This document shows, piece after piece, positions 58,708 to 64,000 of a stretch of DNA of 64,000 nt. Positions within the stretch are counted from its first letter, which is position 1. Each line of letters begins with the position of its first letter. Location of the stretch: IMG/VR virus record IMGVR_UViG_3300027578_000004. The stretch is one strand, 5' to 3'. This DNA is from an uncultured virus (IMG/VR IMGVR_UViG_3300027578_000004). Lineage: Duplodnaviria > Heunggongvirae > Uroviricota > Caudoviricetes. The notes beneath the pieces are model-generated. The model was not told the DNA's origin, searched no databases, and worked only from the letters and a program-made list of their open reading frames with translations. The translations under genes were made by a program, and so were the position numbers.

Positions 58708-59705
58708 AATGATTTGATATAAATATCAGTGTCTCTCTTCAATTCATCCTCTGGCACATTATCCAAGTTATCACCATACTTCTGTGTCCAATATTGTTTG
58801 ATCTTACCCAACATTGGTCCTGGCTTTAATTGTGGAAAATTAGCCATCAACCACTCACCACCATATTTGGATTTAACTGGGGTAAATGATTCAATCTCTT
58901 TTTGTTTATCCAACAACATCTGATACTTTTCTGGAAACAACCGCTTCAAGAAATAGTCTGGGTCACTAATCTGTTTGTGTTTATTCAAACCAATCAATGA
59001 CTTTCTAATATAATCAGCACTAGGTCTACCAGCTCTAACTCTCTTACGATCACTGTGATTCATAGTTTGACCCTTATAGTCATCGCTATCAAACATAGGA
59101 CTACCACTAATAAACTTAACAACATCATCATTGTTTTGTATACTATCGTAATCACCCAATACATCACCATAACCAAGTATTTTCAAACCGTCTTTTAGAT
59201 TCTTAGTAATTAGTATATCGTGATGTCTACCACTTTTATCTACATAAATCTTTTGAAAACCTGTAGTAGCATACTTGTAACCATTTTGTCTAGCCATTAC
59301 ACCCAATATACCACTAAAGTCTCCTAGTGCTAAATAAGTCTTTTGTGCGTCAAAGTCATCGTCTGTATCCGCATACAGAAAGTCTACATGAACATCCTTA
59401 CCCAAATCAGACTTGTAAAGAACACTATAGATATTTCCGTTACGACTATAATCCTTTACCTTATTACCCAAATTAGATAACAACGTGTTCTTGATATCAC
59501 CAGACGATCCTGTCAACACAATATCAATATCACCATGATCTTGTTTGGATGGTAGTGATTTACTCAATTCAAACTTGCTAAAACTATTACCCAGTTGATT
59601 CTTGAGTTCGTCAAAAACACTGTTCATTTCAGATGTAGTAATTCTACTGGCTCTACTACCAAATAGTTTGCCGCCCTCTTTCAATAAATCCATTAACTTG
59701 ATCAT
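58704..59705 (-). CDS. Pol-beta/PolX-superfamily nucleotidyltransferase
   Basis: HGDIDIVL, VHVDF, ARQNGYKY..TG...LGY (PolX thumb-like), C-terminal GGEWLM...LKPGPMLGKI (CCA-enzyme tail-like). Confidence 0.7.
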   Translation of the reverse strand: MIKLMDLLKEGGKLFGSRASRITTSEMNSVFDELKNQLGNSFSKFELSKSLPSKQDHGDIDIVLTGSSGDIKNTLLSNLGNKVKDYSRNGNIYSVLYKSDLGKDVHVDFLYADTDDDFDAQKTYLALGDFSGILGVMARQNGYKYATTGFQKIYVDKSGRHHDILITKNLKDGLKILGYGDVLGDYDSIQNNDDVVKFISGSPMFDSDDYKGQTMNHSDRKRVRAGRPSADYIRKSLIGLNKHKQISDPDYFLKRLFPEKYQMLLDKQKEIESFTPVKSKYGGEWLMANFPQLKPGPMLGKIKQYWTQKYGDNLDNVPEDELKRDTDIYIKSL

Positions 59706-59752
59706 AGACTATAATTAGATCCACACACTCGACTCACTGATGATTTAATCAA

Positions 59753-61933
59753 TCATGATGTTATATAGGCCATTGTAAACGGTGTTGTGGTAGAACTTTG
59801 CGCATTTGTAACTGAATTACCAGTAATACTATAAACTTGAACATAATCAGTGCTACCATTAAAATAAATTAATAACGACAAATTCGTATTAACAACACCG
59901 GTCCCACCGTCAGACGTTAAATCAGCTCCATTTTTGCGTAAAGTTAAATAACCTTCTCCTCCACCGCTATAAACTCTTGCTCCAGCAGATACTTGATACC
60001 ATCCGGCTACAGTTGGAGTAAATCTACCCGTTGTATTATTATACCAACTGGTAGAATCCGTTACTGCGATATTATATTTAATTATTGTAGCTGCATAACC
60101 ACCAGGATTTACAACACTTGTTGTTCCATATCTATAAATTGCAGTCGTTGATCCGCCGCCGCCACCACCATTTAAAGCATATGAAGCGGTTAAAGCATAT
60201 GAAGCGGTTAAAGCAGATGAAGCGGCCAAAGCATAAGAACTGCTAACGGAAGCTGACGCAAAACTTGAACTAATAGAACTTGTTGCGAAAGTAGCAACAT
60301 CAGCGTGACTCGAGCTTTGTATGTATTGAATAATTTCTGAATAACTAGATGATACCATTACATTTGTATAATCCAACACATTAACATATACTCTATCAAC
60401 AATCTGTCCCAGAAATTGAGAGCCTGACACAGGTTGTCCTGTGGCAGCCATCTTTCTTATTTTTAATGATGTATTATCCAACTTTTGAACACCATAATCT
60501 GACCCAGTATCATTCAATCCTCCAACCAGAGCTACATAAGTTGTATCATATTGTGTATATATACTATTTGGAAATTCGATTGATTGTGGGGTAAAACTAC
60601 TTGTGTATCTAGCAACACCTTTAGTAATTCTAAACTCATCCAAATATCCGAACATTGCTGTGGTTGGACTACACGTTGGACGGGAACCTATGTAAGTCGT
60701 GCCTCCTTGGTTATTTATAATTCCAGTTATGCCGGCACTCGACTCCAGAACACCGTTTATGAACAAATAAACTGTATTATTGTCTCTGGTTACCACAACA
60801 TTATACCATGTGTTTTGAGAGATTGTAGTTGTGGATGTAACACTTGTTAGTGTTGATCCCACAACAAAAGTGGCATTTATTTTATTATCTGCTTGTCTAC
60901 CTATATCAAGTGTTAAAGTTGTATAAGCATTACAATCCGCTCTTCTGGATAAAATGGGTCTATATACACCTACGTCTGAAAAATTTGCCCAAAATTCAAT
61001 TGTAAAATTTGATCCCGCAAAAACAGTAGGCACGCTTGAAAATGATAGATAATCACCGGTGCCATCGAAATATCCGCTTCCACTACCAAATTTATAAATT
61101 GATGATGTAATTTTTGTATTACCACTCCTAGTCACACTCACATTATTCGGCCCACTATCTGCAAAAGTGGTGGAATTATTAGCCCCATTAAAATGTAGTA
61201 ATAAACTACAACTTGTATAATATGGATCGCCAGTTGCGTAAATCCATCTTTCTAAAACAGAAACACCCCACGCATCACCTTCCAGATTAAGACCCGTTAT
61301 GATATTTTCTTGGTCCGGTCCAACCGAATATAATATTGTCTGATTCACAATACTGCCTGTTTGTAACGACGCAGTAATAATATTATTGTAAACTGGAGCA
61401 GTTGCATACGAGGCTGTTATCGCATTGTTACTCCAACTTGCAGTTATTGGATACGTGCTACCAGTTATTAATGTTGTTCCTCCTTCACTTGCATTTAATG
61501 CATATGAAGCCGTCAACGAATATGAACTACTAATACTATTCGCAACATAACTTGCAGTAGATGCAAAACTGGAACTTGTAGAATTATCCGCATTAACAAC
61601 ATAACTGCTGCTGATACTCCTACTTGCAGTTATTGGATATGTTGAACCAGTTGTCAAAAAAGAACCAGCATTAGATGCGTATGAAGCAGTCAAAGCATAA
61701 CTTGCACTGACAGCACTACCACTATAATAACTAACAGCATAACTTGCTGTCGCAGCATATGAAGCGCTTCCATAGAATGTTCCACTATTATTATGCGTAT
61801 AAAAATTACTCGCGCTTATTGTTGATTCATATGAAAGATTACTTCCAGAAATTATTAATTTTCTTACAGGATTAGATCCATCTTGAAAACTAATTTCTCC
61901 ATCTCCAGGCGTTATGATGATATTAGTTGGCAT
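59753..61933 (-). CDS. Fibre/adhesin with SASYA repeats, LamG (ConA-like) and C1q-like domains
   Basis: LLLHFNG...YFDGTGDYL...FTIEFW...GYLDEFRITKGVARY; C-terminal TGRFTPTVAGWYQV...NGSTDYV. Confidence 0.8.
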   Translation of the reverse strand: MPTNIIITPGDGEISFQDGSNPVRKLIISGSNLSYESTISASNFYTHNNSGTFYGSASYAATASYAVSYYSGSAVSASYALTASYASNAGSFLTTGSTYPITASRSISSSYVVNADNSTSSSFASTASYVANSISSSYSLTASYALNASEGGTTLITGSTYPITASWSNNAITASYATAPVYNNIITASLQTGSIVNQTILYSVGPDQENIITGLNLEGDAWGVSVLERWIYATGDPYYTSCSLLLHFNGANNSTTFADSGPNNVSVTRSGNTKITSSIYKFGSGSGYFDGTGDYLSFSSVPTVFAGSNFTIEFWANFSDVGVYRPILSRRADCNAYTTLTLDIGRQADNKINATFVVGSTLTSVTSTTTISQNTWYNVVVTRDNNTVYLFINGVLESSAGITGIINNQGGTTYIGSRPTCSPTTAMFGYLDEFRITKGVARYTSSFTPQSIEFPNSIYTQYDTTYVALVGGLNDTGSDYGVQKLDNTSLKIRKMAATGQPVSGSQFLGQIVDRVYVNVLDYTNVMVSSSYSEIIQYIQSSSHADVATFATSSISSSFASASVSSSYALAASSALTASYALTASYALNGGGGGGSTTAIYRYGTTSVVNPGGYAATIIKYNIAVTDSTSWYNNTTGRFTPTVAGWYQVSAGARVYSGGGEGYLTLRKNGADLTSDGGTGVVNTNLSLLIYFNGSTDYVQVYSITGNSVTNAQSSTTTPFTMAYITS
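60173..60240. repeat. 18-bp tandem repeat encoding TASYAL units
   Basis: TAAAGCATATGAAGCGGT x2 exact, plus 2 degenerate copies. Confidence 0.85.
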
Positions 61934-61989
61934 AGTTTATTATAAATATTAGAAAATTGCTATGCCCACAGTTAATACTGCGGTTTAAT

Positions 61990-62493
61990 TTACAATTTGT
62001 TATATGTCTTTTCAAACTCAACTTTAGCAATACGATAATAACCAGTATTAGCTGGGTCTTTTACCAAATAATCGCCTGGCTTAATAATCATGTCTTCTCC
62101 CCATGGAGCTTTAAATGTTACTGGTTCACCTGTATACAAAGCAACTTGTCTTGGAGATTGTTCTGGGTAAATATCACCACCAACATTACCAGTATATAAC
62201 TTAGGCAATTTAGCTGCCTTGATAACATAATTCTCACCAGTAGCACCACTGAAAATAATATCACCAACATCAGCAGTGTTTTGTGTTTCTTTACCATCAC
62301 TGGTTGTAGTAACTACTGGTTGTTGAATTGTTGACTTGGTATATGTCATTGGAGGCATAGAACCAGGCTTACCTCCGTCAATGTATTTATAAACCAACTT
62401 TTGTTTGGTCACTGGCTTGAATGCCAATGTGGATGCAATTTGATTGATATCTGCATTAGCAACTTCACTGAGAATGTCTTTTAGTTTAATCAT
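61990..62493 (-). CDS. PGDYG-like protein (two subdomain repeats)
   Basis: ADVGDIIFSGATGENYVI...LY and APWGEDMIIKPGDYLV...FEKTY. Confidence 0.7.
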   Translation of the reverse strand: MIKLKDILSEVANADINQIASTLAFKPVTKQKLVYKYIDGGKPGSMPPMTYTKSTIQQPVVTTTSDGKETQNTADVGDIIFSGATGENYVIKAAKLPKLYTGNVGGDIYPEQSPRQVALYTGEPVTFKAPWGEDMIIKPGDYLVKDPANTGYYRIAKVEFEKTYNKL

Positions 62494-63023
62494 AGGTTTA
62501 TAAAGTATTTGCCTTTTGGCCCACTATACTTGAATCTGGTAATTGGTAAAGATATATTTAGATTGTCTTTGATGTGTGGAAAGCTACCCTTCTTCACATA
62601 AGCTAATGTCATGTGGGGTTTGTAGTCTGGGTAACCGTCAGTATTTGGATAACCATCACATCTACGTCTCAATTCGGTCAATATAGGACTTTTTTCAACT
62701 TCAAACTTGACCACATCAAATTTATCATTCTCAAACAAATTGAGTGCTTTCAATACCACATTAAATGGCTTTACACCTTGAAGGATTCTAGCCACATCTG
62801 TTCTACCAATATCTGGTTCAAATCCATACTTGAGAGTCACATGAGGTTCTTCATCATAACCATATGTAGGATCATTAGGATCAGTATATAGTATTTGCGG
62901 TGGTATTGCGGTTCTACCAAGTCTAATTACATGTGGTCCATAAGTAGGACTTACATGTGCCATTAAACAACCTTTTTCAACGTGTCTATTTTCTACGAGT
63001 AACATATTTTCTAATAATTTCAC
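62490..63023 (-). CDS. 2H phosphoesterase (LigT/T4 gp57B-Acb1-like)
   Basis: Two HxT motifs: PHVTLKYG and YKPHMTLAY. Confidence 0.85.
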   Translation of the reverse strand: MKLLENMLLVENRHVEKGCLMAHVSPTYGPHVIRLGRTAIPPQILYTDPNDPTYGYDEEPHVTLKYGFEPDIGRTDVARILQGVKPFNVVLKALNLFENDKFDVVKFEVEKSPILTELRRRCDGYPNTDGYPDYKPHMTLAYVKKGSFPHIKDNLNISLPITRFKYSGPKGKYFINL

Positions 63024-64000
63024 GAATCAAATGTTCCTTCTTTACCAATTGGTCCAAAGGCACACCTCTATACTTTTGTCTTAGTTGCGCAATTGGCATA
63101 CCATATTGTTTTTCAGCTTGAGCAATCAGATTGTATCTATCTTGTTTCTCTTTTTCTAAAGATGCCAATTTACGAGCAACTACAGTAGCAACAGTATTCT
63201 TAATGTTATCATTATAATACTTCTCACCCGATACCAAAAGATCATTCAATATTTTAATTTCTACTTCTAACCCATTTACTTCTTTTTCTAAATTATCCTT
63301 TTCAGCAGGCGTAAGTTTCGCTCCTGTTGTATGAAGTTTTCCTCTCTTTTCAATAAACTCTTGTGTCTTATCATCAATTACTTTTTCCAAACTAGGTTGT
63401 TGTTGTATTTTCGTAAGACCCCAAGAAGGATAATCAAATTCACTACCAACCGGTGTATTGGACAAATCACTATCAGTTACCTTTATTGTTACATTATTAC
63501 CTTTAATAGCCGTAACATCAGCTCTTATACCAAGTCCTAGGATTTTTATTTTGTCACCTACTTTGAATTCAACATCTGCTTTATCCGTAACAGATGGTTT
63601 AGGTGGAGGAGTTTCTTTCCTAGGTTCTTCTTTGTCATACAGTTCATTGTATGACCTTATTTTGCTACCAATTTCATACAAACACTCAGTTGGATTATAT
63701 CCATTAAACTCTATGACTTTTTCATATTGATCTTTGTATGGAATTACCTTATCTTTATTATAATCCCAGAATGTTACAATGATAGCTTTACCACTCGGGA
63801 TTGTGCTTTCAATTTGAAGATCCAAATTTTCTGGCGGTTTACCATCTGTATTGTCTACCTCAAAGATTCTACCTTTCATGATAGGATCTGAATATGCGCC
63901 CATTCTACCCAACCCCTTTAGAATATTTTCCAAATCCAAATGACCACCACCATTATTACTAGCCTTTAATCGTTTGATACCTTTTTGGGCCCAATAATCC
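62986..64000 (-). CDS. Hypothetical protein, partial (frame open to the window edge)
   Basis: The frame continues upstream of 63939 (DYWAQKGIKRLKASNNGGGH...); SH3/KOW-like FKVGDKIKI segment; ends HLIREIIRK. Confidence 0.7.
   Translation of the reverse strand, partial: DYWAQKGIKRLKASNNGGGHLDLENILKGLGRMGAYSDPIMKGRIFEVDNTDGKPPENLDLQIESTIPSGKAIIVTFWDYNKDKVIPYKDQYEKVIEFNGYNPTECLYEIGSKIRSYNELYDKEEPRKETPPPKPSVTDKADVEFKVGDKIKILGLGIRADVTAIKGNNVTIKVTDSDLSNTPVGSEFDYPSWGLTKIQQQPSLEKVIDDKTQEFIEKRGKLHTTGAKLTPAEKDNLEKEVNGLEVEIKILNDLLVSGEKYYNDNIKNTVATVVARKLASLEKEKQDRYNLIAQAEKQYGMPIAQLRQKYRGVPLDQLVKKEHLIREIIRKYVTRRK

Noticed and set aside
45011..61948. Plus-strand TATAAATA as classical T4 late promoters firing rightwards
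   Set aside because: They would point away from the adjacent genes and antisense into upstream genes; their position tracks minus-strand starts instead.
1..64000. Stop-codon reassignment or tRNA genes
   Set aside because: Core genes are intact under the standard code, with TAA, TAG and TGA all used as stops; intergenic gaps are short and show no cloverleaf or T-loop signature by eye.

Overview
This window is a 64-kb slice of a large, AT-rich, T4-like/jumbo myovirus genome. It uses the standard genetic code, and I found no tRNA, rRNA, CRISPR array, integrase or transposase. The left half holds a T4-type replisome (clamp loader, sliding clamp, family B polymerase, gp41/DnaB helicase, 5'-3' exonuclease, RecA/UvsX, gp32-like SSB), nucleotide metabolism genes (dUTPase, dNMP kinase, class Ia NrdAB) and UvsE. 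It also has a MoxR AAA+/vWA pair and a ~9-kb plus-strand glycosylation island. The right half is a tail/baseplate/neck module: baseplate proteins, tape measure, gp26-like chaperone, tail tube, gp13/14/15-like proteins and fibres. Small nucleotide/RNA-end enzymes are interleaved with it: HAD phosphatases, a P-loop kinase, three nucleotidyltransferases, a 2H phosphoesterase and a PGDYG-like protein. Main unexplained signals: (1) several of these enzymes share an N-terminal MIKLxD(I/L)LxE-like peptide resembling a capsid-targeting/protease-cleavage tag, suggesting a virion-delivered counter-defence kit; (2) a start-less 76-codon ORF reachable by a +1/-2 shift on a T7 run at the end of the chaperone gene; (3) a TATTTAT(A/T) motif, the reverse complement of the T4 late promoter, just upstream of 17 genes; (4) a repeat-rich SSB leader resembling the T4 gene 32 autogenous operator; (5) an AAGCGCA iteron-like array. 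All functional calls come from motifs recognised by eye; no database searches were run.
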